Of a DNA stretch of 64,000 nt, positions 48,191 through 61,700 are shown in pieces; the first letter of the stretch is position 1, and each line of letters opens with the position of its first letter. The notes beneath the pieces are model-generated. The model ran no database searches and had not been told where the DNA came from. It was given only the letters and a program-made list of their open reading frames with translations. The position numbers and the translations under genes were made by a program. Origin of the DNA: Trichoplax adhaerens (Eukaryota; Animalia; Placozoa); contig NW_002060944.1 of NCBI RefSeq assembly GCF_000150275.1, forward strand, positions 7,764,735-7,828,734, written 5' to 3'.

Positions 48191-51100
48191 GTAATGTGTA
48201 TATGGGGAAATTCGTAGCTTTAGCTATGAACTGGACTATTCATGATTTGAAAAGTGTGTTGTGTTTTAAAATTGAAAAGTTCAGATTGGAGTAGTTCAAA
48301 CTCAAACGAATCGCTTGAATGAATGCAGTTGCACAGTATGATAGTATGGTGCACTGTGCTGAGTTTTGTTGGATAGATTTTATGGAGAGTATTGCTCCAT
48401 GATTGCAGTCGGGTTACCGCGATAACGTGTGGTAGTGACAGCATGCATGCAGACTCGAAACCAGTGTACTTTTGCCGTATTACAATCTCTACAGTATACT
48501 GTAATCATGATGAAAGCGAGATTACTTTTACTGCATTAAGTGAACGATCTCCTTTCTGCTAGTGCTGGATGACCAGCTCGGATAGAGGAGACAACTGCAA
48601 TTTTTCACATCAGGTTCCACCATTTGGCTTGGCAAGCGTGCTGCAGTTTCGCGCCATACTACAGCCTACGAGCAGCAATCACGTGCACGAGGCTTGAACC
48701 AGTACCATACCGTAATGAGTAAGTACTGTACTGTACAGTCTGCGCTAAATGCGCTGATTGTAGAGTGAAACTGAACTGACTGTGTCGCACTGAGTGACTG
48801 CACCTTCAGTTCAACTGGACTACTAGTTAGATCACATGATTCGATTCCAAGTGGACCAACTCGAGTCCGATATTCAAAGAGATCAGAGAGAGTTGATTTG
48901 ATTTCGTATCCATGATACAATGTCTAGGAAAGAAATGCCTCCCGCTATCGTTAATAATTCACTTGCTAATAGTCCAATTGTCAAGTTAATGAGTCAAAAT
49001 TTTAAAATCCGAGGTACTGCTTGTTGATAGTCTATCATGCGCATACCCCTTTTTGTAGCTGGTACTCCTTGGCGCATCCAACGTACACCTGTAGTGGTCA
49101 ATTCTTACAGTAGTATTCTGAAAATTCAATGTGCCCATCTGAAATTCTCCATCTGTTACTTGCTGTAGCCTTGAAAAATTGTTTCTTTTAGCGAGTAGGA
49201 ATTGCTCAATACTGGATTAAATCAGTAGTTTAAAAAGGGCTTTCAAGACATTCGTATCCATTTCTAAATTTCCTTTTAATGCTATACAGGAATTATTCCT
49301 CATAGGACGGAAAACAGTCTTACTTAATGTTATTAATTGTAATAATAATAATTATTATTAATTATAGGATCAATGCGTCTCTATATTAAAATGGATCACT
49401 AGATCTTAGACCACTACATCAAGTATCTAGTGGTCTAAGATATTGCAATCATATCTACTTGTCTATAGCATTCTGTATTGCAAATTTTAATGAAGAATAG
49501 ACGCGTACATTCCATTTTTTTATTTTTGAATACTACTGTACAGTTATGACGCGTACAGCTGCTAGAGGTGGCATAATTACACTAGTATACATGTATTACA
49601 AATGAAGTAATTTCTAACCTACTCGCCTACCATTGCCTAGATCTATTTTGCATGTATGGTATATTGCTTAGACCAAGGACTTTGAAGTTGGTTCCACTTT
49701 TAATAATCTAATGTACGCGTACATTTTAAACATTCATTTAGCAGTTAGTGTAATGTAGCCATTGGACAAGTTGCAACTCCTGCACAATTTACACGTAATA
49801 GTTTGTTCTTTTTGAACAGGAAATAAGCTCATCAGTTAGTAACTATTGAATTGGATTTTTTCTCTTTTTTCACCATTTTTTATAGTTACTGCCGCAACTT
49901 TGGAAAATACGTGCATATTCTCCACGGCTTCTCTTGCTTTCATAATCTTTGAAGCAAATAAATTGCATTCTTCCGGACAAGGAAATGTCGCATTAGTTGA
50001 TAGCCAAATTGTTACTTTGTTAGTATTATTATTACGAATGATAATTGTATCAATTAATGGCAAATCATGTCTATGTAATTGCTCTAACAAGCCATAATCT
50101 CTCTCACACTCTTTCAACTCTTATATACGCTTCGTAAATAACATGAGATATTCTGCATAGGTAAATAGGCAAAGAAATCATCATAATTGATCAAACAACC
50201 ATTCTCGTACATAAATAGGATACATAGAATAAGCAGCAACTAGTTGATAAAATACTTACAAATAATCCAATTTATTATTGGTGAATAGGTATGAGTTATA
50301 ATTAATAGGTGGAATCGTATAATGCAGTATATTGATATACCCGTAGGATCGATAGATTTAGCAAACAATTGAAGAACGCCTACATGATTATACTGACTGG
50401 AAATCAGTTGAAGCAAACAGAAATGCAAGCCATAAATCAATTACAACATCGGTAAGTAGGAATATATAAACCATTAATTAATTATTTATCAACTAACGAG
50501 AAGAATGGTGCAGCTGACACTTCCTTTATGAAATATCGAATTATTTACTTCTGACTTTCATAGTCACAGCACTATAAGTAAGGCTTTGGCACAGTTTACA
50601 GCCTCTATTCTTATCTCTTAAAGATATGTATATATTCTATTCCATACCTTTTGACAGATTTCTAACTTCTGAAATGAAGATGATGTTATTGCAATATGAC
50701 TTAGATTGTATACGAAATATGAACTACATGGTTCAGGTAAATAGATTTCGTAATTTATCCTAAACCTTGAGTGGATCACTGCTGAAATCTCCAAGGGTTA
50801 GAAAGAAAATAAATGAATTTCTTTCTATATATCAGCCAAATATAAAGCAAGTAATGTTATGCTTACTTGCCTATTTGATGGTATTTTATAACATACCGTT
50901 AAACTAGTATCTACGTACAATTTCTGCTTCTTAACATGATATGAATGATGGCCGTTTACAAAATAGAATTGTAGGCTTGTGCTTCTGATTTTGTGAACTA
51001 TATCACTTAATTTCAAAGCATTTATCCTTGTTGTTGAACGCGTGTAGAGATTAACCTTTATACAACATAATTATGTCATGGATATGTGACGAAAATTCAG

Positions 51101-52386
51101 CATTTTTTTAAGAAAATGATATCACAATAATGGACTGTCTTGAACCATTAGAATACCATCAACAGGACTTTAACCGAAAACTGTATAATCCAATCCTTAA
51201 ATCGTAGTGAAGATATGGAAACTGTATACCAAATTTTGTCATCAGTTGGACTGAACGATTATGATATCCTTATTTACCTGTGTGATGGTATTATAAATTA
51301 GTGTACTGTACTATGTTACTGATGATCTCTACATAGTTATATAGATATTGTAATTTTTGTGCATAAGTTGCTAGTTTACTGTATACTAAATTTATGTCAG
51401 TGTTTGACTTCAATTTAATGCGTTATTCCTTGATTTACTATCTACAAAGTCATCAAGTCCTAATTCATTATGGTACGATAGCCAGTGTTGCTTTGGCTAA
51501 TACTCAACAATTGATGGACTGCAACTTAAGCTTTGAAACTGCCAGCAAAGTTATTTCGTTTTTCTCTGATTAAAACATTGATAAGTTTATTCATTTATTT
51601 AGTTGTCCGTTAATATTTATTCAACAAAGATAGTTGTTAATCATGCTGGAATAGAACCGAACAAAGGTGTTACTGATTATTACTGAAACAAAATATAAAC
51701 CAATTTGCTGCTTCTTGTAGTGTACTCGCAATGCATAGACTGAATCAGTACAGTCGCCTATAATTAAAAATGTAATCGCTGAAATAATCAATCCATTTGT
51801 ATAAGTTAATAAATAATAAATAAATATAGTTATATATGGTTATATCGCTCGAGACTAGAGATTTCATCATCCCATTAATCAGTCACAAAATCCTGTGTCG
51901 GATAGAAGAAATTTTGTACACAGATACACTGTAAATTCTATAACATTAGAAATTATTCTACATAAATTTACGAGCGCTCATCATAACCATTATCACGGCA
52001 AATTAAGTCATAATTGATTCAAGATAAATTTTTCAAAGTGATTAAAATAAAAGCTATACAGTTAAAGAGTAAGATAGCAAAAATTAGAAAAAATTTGAAC
52101 CATTTATAGATAATTAATTTACATTAAAGATTTGCTTACGCACATTGAAATAATTACAACAGTAAAAGATGATGTCCAAAATAGAGCTCGGAAGATCACC
52201 AATTGTAATTTGTGAAGCGCTTTTTGAACGACATTAAATACAAAAAGGTAACATGATATTAAAAACAAGAAACTACTTCTATACAATGTGAATCAACACA
52301 ATTTCTTAATCCATTAGATGTCATAACTACAATAATAAAATAAATGTTAGGAAATCTCGAATCCTTTTTGAATAGTTTATTGTATC

Positions 52387-55300
52387 TCAGTCCAATTTCA
52401 GGCCGGCACGTTTATCAAATTTTTTATAGAAGGATGCTAGTTGCAAACGAGAATATAAGGCTTTCCGAACGGAAACTGTAATTTGGGTTACCAAGCAGAA
52501 AGCTGTAGCTCCCTCAAATAGAAGATTGTAACAGAAAGTCAATGTGACATTTTTCAACCAGTCGAATTGACCAAATTCTCCAAGTAGATCAAATTTGGTA
52601 ATGCCTAGTTAATTTGAAGACGTCAAAAATTGCATAAAAGCGTATCCTAAATGCAAGCTATTACTACTCGCTTGAATGTTTCCAATATTTAATCAGATTC
52701 AAATTTTACCTAAAATTTTTGATAGTAGCGGCAGAGCAGAGCTTAGTATGAGCAAGACGATACAGTTTGCAATGATCTATTAAAATCCAGGACGCCGCAT
52801 TGAGATATGTATACGTTATTTACATGTGATCGCATAGCATTCATTTAAAAAACATCGTAATAAATGCATAACTTACAATTGGCATAGACGAATCCTTTTT
52901 CTGAGGAATCATTTGATTGAAAGGAAAGATATTATACAAGCCAACCAATGATGCAGCCATGATATAGCTTAGCAAATTTATTAAGACAAATTAAATCTTA
53001 ATATATTTTATATATTTTAAAAGCATTATGAACAAAATATTGGATAATTTTATAACTATTTATTAGAAATCGGATACAATATTATCAGCATTTGTAAAAA
53101 GACGCCAATGAATCCAAGTTTAGAGTAAGAAACTTCCCCAATAGTGTACTGCATGTGTAAAGTTTATAAAAAAAACAGTTTTCGATTATCTTGCATACTC
53201 AGTTGGGCAAGTTAGTTGAGATACTTATTATCGTAACTGTTGATTTAAAATCACCTTAGGTTTGTTTCCTACCGTCTCGGTACGAAGGACTAATTCGAGA
53301 CAATGTAAACCTACCATTAACATTGATATTGCCTATAAAGAAGAAATCCAACAGGAATTATAATAATATAGTTGTCATATGTGAACTGCTATTTAGAAAG
53401 TCAATAATCAATTACTGTTAGAACTAATAAAATAAGTAGGCAGAAAGGGTAAACTAGGTTTCTTTGTAGAGGTGATGCTTCTTGTTTCCTTTCTGTTTAT
53501 TTACAATAAAATTTAATAACGTATATAAGTACTTTCTACACTTATAATAGTTGATATCGGAGCAATTGCATTTCTTATCATATCTATGTTTTGTACTACC
53601 GAGTTCCATGCGATATTTTTGAGCAAGTTTGAATTCTTCTTCTAGTTCTGTTCGTAGGCCATCCGTAGCAGCTATTGATAATAGAGTTGGGTATATATTG
53701 TTTAACTAGACACTGTATAAACTACGTAAAGACATTGATGAAAACTTTATTCACGATGAAGCAGTTAGCGTACTTGAGTGTTTTCTACTTAGCGTCTCTT
53801 CTTTCAATTTCGCAATGTAAATTTCCTCATTTAGATTTTGAAAAAACTATTGAAACAAATTATGGTGGTTTATGTGAACGCCACGATCAACAACTCCTGT
53901 GCGAGTGCATATTACTTTCTTTTTAGAAATACCTGCGGCTTGACTACTAGCTGACCAAGGACGGAAAACATTTTACTTAGTCCAAGAGGGGTACAGACTA
54001 AAAGTAATCATTTTTAAGCGAGTATCATTGTTAGCAAATATATACATAGAGATTGAATGACACTTTAAAAACGCTTTGGTGTATTTAATTCGAATACCTA
54101 AAAGGGTCATCACACCTAGCGAAGCCAGCCCAGAATACAGGTGGGGTAGATAACCCCAAATATCTAAAAGTCGTATTAGAAAAGATTTGGCATATTTCGT
54201 CTAATTAAAAGGATTTTTGTGTCAGTATGATAATTGAACAGTGATATTAAGTTATTCAATACAAATATGTAAACTGGACTAGTTCAGCTAAAAAGTAAGT
54301 TACCTGGAATATAATGTGATTCACTTTTACTATTCCAACCAAATGTAGATAAAATCACCCAAACAAATGAGAGCAGCATTCCCGTAAGCAAGATTAGGAT
54401 GATGAATGCCTCTAAAGCTCTGGCTTTCAAGCCCTATTAAAATACTCAATATTAGAATTTTACTCGACAGTATAAGACACTTTGCAATTATTGATGGTAA
54501 ACCTTTCTAGAACCGCTAAATCCCTCAGATTCAGTGAAAAAGTAAGCGAACGGCATAAGAAATAGTAAGGAAGTATTGGATGCAAAAAAAATTTTTTTCC
54601 ATAATCCTATTTTAGTGAAGTAATAGCGTATCAGTAACATGCGTGATTGTTCTGTGTGTTAAACATTAGAAAAGCAGAAGTACCCACATGCCTTTTAATA
54701 ATGATTATTGTTTACTGTCAATACTGTAATAGTTATTATCATAATTACAGGATAGGAAATAGATATTAAGAGCTACAATACTAGGGAAGTGCAATTTACT
54801 TATCATACCATAAATTAACGAAGTATTCAACCACTTCACGTAGTAACTATTTGGTAAAGCCAGTAGTACTTCGTTGCTCAATATTGTGACTGGCAATAAG
54901 AGAACAGCACCAATAGCAGTCGATAATGTGAACGTGCATAGCCATAGCCTTAAATACAATTAATCAATAAAATTGAATGTTAATCTTCAAAGCAACTCTA
55001 TCTACAGTATATAGGATGTCATTACAAATAATATTTGCATCGTAAGTCTAATCTTCTGTTGTTTGCATAATAAAGTCTAATGAAGTTGTAATGTCAACAT
55101 TGGCGAAATGACGGCTAACATACACGTTGGTAGACTATTTCATTCTATCTGATCCAATTTTTCGTATCATTATTCATGCGTGTGGTTATGATATTAAGAA
55201 CTACACAGTAATTATTTCTTTCATATTAACATATTAAAAGAGATATCTAAAATGTTGCTAGATGATATATTAGAATACTAATTGATAAAATAAAATAGTG

Positions 55301-56261
55301 CAAGGCTAAACATTAATTGAACGTCATATAATAACATGGTGAAACAAAAAATTTTAATTGCTTCTTTTATCAGTCTTACGCGATGCGATTGACAACAGCA
55401 TCTTCGTTATCTGCCAAGAAAGAATATATCAAAAGAAAATCAATTGGTAAAATATCCGTAAAAAGAATTACTGGTTGTAAACAAAAGAGTACTAGCTATT
55501 AATTCTCCAAACAGAATAGAAGTTAATCTAGTTATAACTTATACGTATTATGTAACAGGCTGGCTACATTCTAAGGAAATATCTAGTGGACATTTACTAA
55601 AGTCTGCGATACATATCATTGGCAATTTGATACAATTTAAAGTATCTTCAAATAAATTGAATTACCAAGAATATCTTCGGTAGGCTCTCTTTTTCTAAAA
55701 TGGGTTACGATAGCATAAGAAAGGACATAGATGATCAAGAATAGCAAAAGGGAAATCTGTGTAGTAATAAGATGAAATTGAAATTATTAGTTAATAAGGT
55801 AGTTACGATGCATACGTGTAAAGAATCAAGATAATATTGATTCTAATTATTAAAATTGAAGTCAAAGAAAGAAAAATTAGCAGCTGCAGTAGTAGTGGAT
55901 AGACAGTACTGTACGTAGTCGATTTCACATGAGCCCAATGCTCCATTTATCTCTTTTGGATGTGTGTTTTTATAACTACAATATAGCTCTTATTTTCAAG
56001 TTTGTAGTAGAACATAGGTAGCGATTGATACATTATTATTATTATTATTAGTGTTACCGAGAGAAAAATAAGCTTTCTACATATACGATACAATATGCCT
56101 CCATGACTATATTTCAGTGTTACAGAAAACTGGCATCATCTTTTGGAGGCTGATGGCTATACGAGTATTTAAGCAGCAGTATACAATGCATTTCCTCTTA
56201 CCACATATTCACGAATTAAGTTATAAAATTGCTCTTGATCGACATCAACTTCGGATTCCAT
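52387..56261 (-). CDS. LMBR1: Limb region 1 membrane protein (LMBR1/LMBR1L homologue), multi-exon
   Basis: MESEVDVDQEQFYNLIREYV-ISLLLFLIIYVLSY; DNEDAVVNRIA; LWLCTFTLSTAIGAVLLLPVTILSNEVLLALPNSYYVKWLNTSLIYG; FLMPFAYFFTESEGFSGSRK; CTPLGL; QRNLVYP; LSSALPLLSKILGITKFDLLGEFGQFDWL; stop TGA at 52387-52389. Confidence 0.93.
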
Positions 56262-57402
56262 ATCATCATGAAGTAACGAGTTTGGTAACTGTAAAGAGAA
56301 ATAAATAAGAAGACCGAACGAATTAAGAAGGGTATTGATGCAGTCTATATAATTAATGCACTATATTGAGATGTGTGGATGGTCGAAATGATGACCATGA
56401 GCGATTATTTGCTCATTATAAGATTATGCCAATGCTTGCTATGCAACTGAATTGTTTAGCATTCAGGTAGTGATTAGTGCAGCATGTTCAACATACATGA
56501 GAAGTATCTCAATAGCAAGTACTGTATGAAAGACTTGCAACTAGGCGTGCAATCCGTGCCATCCTTTCAACACTAACTTAATAATATTGAACAATAACAA
56601 AAATAATAATCCTTGATTGCTCTTTCTTGGCTACAGCAATTGTTGTAATTATTCAGGTTGACCATTGAATATAGGCAGAAATTTGAAAATAATTGAACAA
56701 TATTGACCAACTATGCTATAATAGTTTGAAAAAATGACGATAAAAATAAATTATAGCTGTCCCCATTTGCATTATTTTATCAGAAATCAAGTTTGATCGA
56801 ATGAACAAGTCCTTGGCAAAAGAAAGCAATCGCTTGGACTGTCGTTGGAGAAAGTGATCAACGAGTGGATGTCAAGTTCATTTTTTTTCTTTTCCAACAT
56901 GTGACTATCATCATCGATCAATTATGGATGGAATGGGCAACCATGCTATTGGAAAGAGGCATTTTTGAAGCATATAGGAGTGGAAATGAGCCTTTTTTGC
57001 CGTCATGAAGAATAATGAATGTAATGATGAAGAAAAAGAATAATAATGATAATAATAATAATGATTTATGATCTTCAATGTGAATATTGGCGCACATTCC
57101 GTCCATGACGAAGTCGACCAAGGTAAAATTATGCGTAATACCTACGTAGAAGAAGGGAAATTTTCACTGTCTAGGCAACGTTGATGAAAGCTCGATCTCT
57201 GCCTGTGTAGAGTGATCGAGAAAAACCAGTTGCAAAGTGAATTATTACAAATAATTCCGGCCGGTTGCCATGTCAATAGGCTCCACTTGCAGTTGCGACT
57301 TCATCTTGCTTATGATGCTGACGCGTAGATAGGCCGTCAACGTTGGTAGCAATGAAAGCCAGTGATTGGCTATTGTTTTCGACGCTTTCCAAGAGTCATT
57401 AT

Positions 57403-57519
57403 TAGGGATTGCAACCGGTGCCAAACTGGGCACCCGGGTACCCCCTTTCAAACCATCACTCTATCCAAATTGGCCCGGGGTATTTTACCCGCGTGTGGAA
57501 ACACCAGGTGCAATCCCTA
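57403..57519. mobile_element. hAT-like MITE, 117 bp
   Basis: 11-bp perfect TIRs TAGGGATTGCA / TGCAATCCCTA. Flanking 8-mers GTCATTAT and GTCAGTAC (6/8 identical) fit an aged 8-bp target-site duplication. GC-rich interior with CCCGGG motifs. Confidence 0.65.
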
Positions 57520-58269
57520 GTCAGTACAGTCGATATCAAGCGTAGTGTATCGGGTCTTGACTCACTCACTCTTCAACTTCATACTGGTAGGGGGCGTCGA
57601 GTTTGTACTAGTGTCCGTACAACTGGTTGACCAGTTTAGTACAGTTACTACAGTAGGGGTCCAGCTGTCTGTCGGTGGCTAGCTAGCTGTGTGCAGTGTC
57701 CACCACCAACAATAACAATTTGGCAGTAGAGAGTTGAAGATGGAAAGATGGGATGAGTTAAGAGCTTTGGGGATCAGAATCAGATGTAATCTACGAGTCG
57801 CTAAAGCTATTTCTTATAATTCGTCAGTGGTTTGATTTTTATGAGCTATAACATACAATAATCAACGATCACCTCAGTGTTCCAGCTCAGGTGAACTCGT
57901 ACTGAAAATAGGGATGGTGTATCAATGATTCACTACAATACAGCGACCTTTATTGGTACATTTTTGTGTCGGGATCCCCAGAAGTTTGAAAACAGAGACT
58001 AGCAAAAGGGAGACGGGCGTCAAAAATGGCCCTTTCTATACTCCAGTTAGGCTGCTGAACCCAACCCTTGTAATGCACTTGCATTGTTAGCCAAAGCCTG
58101 CCAGGTTGATTTTCTACAATACAACGTATAACAACAGTACTATAATACAGTAAAACGACCATCCAATAGTCAGTTGTACCAAGAGAATAAATGGACTAGG
58201 CACTACTCAAAGTGCTTAGGCTTGAGGACGGTGGCGGGCCGGGCCAGGCCGATCCGATACCGTACCGTT

Positions 58270-58705
58270 CTCATGTACAGTGTACAGTGTCCGCTGTACA
58301 GTACATAGTACTGCTTATCTTGATGCAGGATACTGTACACACTGTACTGTACAGTATGGACTACTACTATCGATGCACATAATTTAGTAGTCGCTGGTTT
58401 GACACTATCTGTTGACTTACAGTATGAACTTATGTCGTAAAACGGCAAAGACCTTAAAAAGGATCTCTAGCGTACAGTCATGGACTACTGCGTTCAATCT
58501 TGCCGGTAAGATTCAGATTTACTCGGCTAAAAAGAGAGAAGGTATGGTATAGTACAGTACTGTACAGTAGAGAGTAACTGTACAGTGGACAGTATACTGT
58601 AGGATCATTAACAAATCTTGCATCACCTTTTGTCTTAGTACCTTACACAGTACAGTGTACGTACTGTACTGTACTGTAGTCAGAATCAGCTACCGTATTG
58701 TACGG
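58270..58705. promoter_or_regulatory. TACWGTA array directly upstream of PDSS1, in the divergent LMBR1/PDSS1 interval
   Basis: Dense TACAG/TACTG units at 58275-58360 and 58550-58700, ending a few bases before the ATG at 58710. Confidence 0.6.
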
Positions 58706-58709
58706 TATC

Positions 58710-61700
58710 ATGCCCATTCTGATCGGGAGATTGCGTAATACAAAGATTGCTGTTGAATGTGGTAAATGTGCTCGCCAAGCCCTTGTGGGACCAGTTGCTA
58801 GTACAGCTTCGGCTGCAGCCAGACAATTTAGTCGACAACTTCAGCAAAAGCATCTAGTAGTACTCTCTGATGCTCAGAATAATGATAGTCAATTAAGGCG
58901 GATAGTACAGTAATCGTTATGATTCAAGAATTCAACGGAATACACTGGAATTCAATCATTACAAAGTAACCATTTCAATATCATATCAATCAATATAGGA
59001 CGAGAAATGAGCAGTTGGTTGATCTCCTTCTCCAAGCATGGCATGCGCTTGTGTAGATCAATGCCCAACGAATATCAGGTATGTCTGAAAGGAGAACTTT
59101 TTAGTTACCCTCATATTCTATCTTGAGTAGACCACAACTGTACTTTGATTGGAAAGAATTTTACTAGCAGTGAAGGTCTTGCATCTGCGACCATTCAAAA
59201 AATTACAGTTGTACAGTACATAGTATCGGTCCGTGTTGCACTGTTATCTACTATTCGAATACATCAATCCGTACGTATAGGTAGGTATAGCAGCTATCTT
59301 TGCGTTGTACAATCAATCAATCAATTATGATGATTGTGGCGAGCTGTGATTCAATCACAGCATAGAGTAACAACGATTGTAGACTATTCTCGTATTTCGT
59401 TATTCCCTTCGATCCCTTATTGAATTTATTGAGTATCAGCTTGTACAAGAACAGTCGTTAGAGTTATGATTAGTATAGAGGATCGATCATTATATGTGCA
59501 CCACACAACATACGTGTACTCAATGGCCTGGTGTAATTGTTAAAATAATTACAATCAAACGATCAAGTCTTGTCTTCATATTCTTTTTCTATTCAATCTG
59601 TACAGAGCCACTATGGTCTAGCATGTTATGTCTTTAGCCGTACACTTGTAAATCGGTAAGTCTAGTAAAATGAATAAGAGACTCATGTTATGTTGCCCTC
59701 TCTGATGACAGCCACTGTAAAGTTGGATCAAAAAGTAGTGTGTCAATTAAATGGCGTTATGATGGGATACAAACGTAGATAGACACAAAAGCAAGTCAAT
59801 CAGGAAATAAAGTCATCCAGGATTTATATTGTATATATACCAGTATGATTAATATCAAGTACTGTTGTATCAAAAATCCCCACTACTTGTACAAATTACT
59901 TGTGGCACTCTATTCAGTGAAGGATGGCATGACACTCGAGTTTCTAGGATCTGTGATTGTCACAATTATATCTTCTAGATATAATCTTACCAACTATACG
60001 CGTATATCAATTACAGATTGAGCAGCAATGCTCGAAAATATCAACAGCCGGACACTGGCTTTAATAGAGATTTAACAACTTTATTAACTAATATTCGTAA
60101 GGTTTGTACAAAAATATCCATTTGCATGAGTACTATGCTTACGTATTATATTGCTTTTATTACTCTTGTATTGAAATTCGAATGGAAACTTAACTGCAGT
60201 TGTGTTATCCTAGGAATTAGTGACTATGTTACCTCAACTGCGGGAAGTCAGTAACTATCTATTTGATGAACGTGGTAAACAAATTCGTCCAATGCTAGTT
60301 TATTTGACTGCAAGAGCTTGCAACTATCATACCGATCCAAAAAAAGAGAGGTAAAACGCTTCATAAAAGCTACCTTAAACTTTCCAGATCGAATCTATAA
60401 ACTAGTTTCAACGGCACAGATCATTGAATGCATACGAGTATGTAGAGGATATACAAATGAATCGTGGGAACGATCATTTGTATGCTAGATTCAGTTTACA
60501 GAATATTTTACTCTGAATGGATAACAAAAATAAAGCTTGCAGTGATTGCTTGTACAATGAAGGAATAGAGCTATAATTGCTGTAGTAGTTTAGCAAATGA
60601 GTAATATAAGTGTAATAGTTGACAATGTTCTTTACTGCAATAATCATGTGTAATTTCTGACATTATACGCCTGCATATAATCTAGTGGACAAGTTGGTAA
60701 ACGCTAATGACGTATATTTATTTATATTTTGGGGACAAGACCATTATAAATTTACTGTCTTTTCAGGAATGTATCATCACTGTAGTGTGTTTGTAGCATT
60801 ACACTTTAGGCTACTGCAACAAGTAAATCATATCTACCAATTTGTGCTCTAAACTATAGCAAACTATGATGATACCAGTGAGATGCTAATATACTGTACA
60901 TCTTATTTTATGATCATTCCAGTAAATTGACAGAAGGGCAGAGTGCTATTGGTGTAATTTCAGAAATGATTCATACAGCCAGTTTAATTCATGATGATGT
61001 CATCGATGCCGCCCATATTAGAAGAGGCAAACCAACCATCAATTCGGTATGGGGTCAAAAAAAGGTAAATACAGCTTTTCCCTTATAATGTATCGTAGTA
61101 TTCTCCTTTGCTGATCGTTGATTTACTATATTAGACCTGTATTCAAGATCAAGCCTTTCTACTCCGCATAGTATTTTCAGATTACAACGATTTTTATCAT
61201 TACTTCCTATTATTTCATATTATAGGCTATTTTAACCGGTGACTACATCTTATCAAGAGCTACTGTTGCCTTATCAAAGCTACGCAACGAAAGGGTTGTT
61301 ATAGTACTATCACAAGTACTAGACGATCTTGTGCAAGGTTATAAAATAGCTATCACTCTGACATTTGAAATTAATTACTGGGATAGAATAGACGTGATGG
61401 TCTAAATTAATTCTTATATACGCGTACAATAACGATCGGTTTAGGTGAATTCATGCAGTTAGGATCTAAAGAGGATCGCGGCGAACGATTTAATCATTAT
61501 ATTAAAAAGACCTTTAGAAAAACCGCTAGTTTGATGGCTTGTAGTTGTAAAGCTGTAAGTTGGATTAATTAATCAATCAATTTATTGAGAATAATTTGGT
61601 TGAATTGCTGCATTAATCCTGTAGTAGGATATGATTATAAATTTAAGGCATTGCACTTAACGCATTGATGGCTGGTTGGTTCATAGATTATCATATTATG

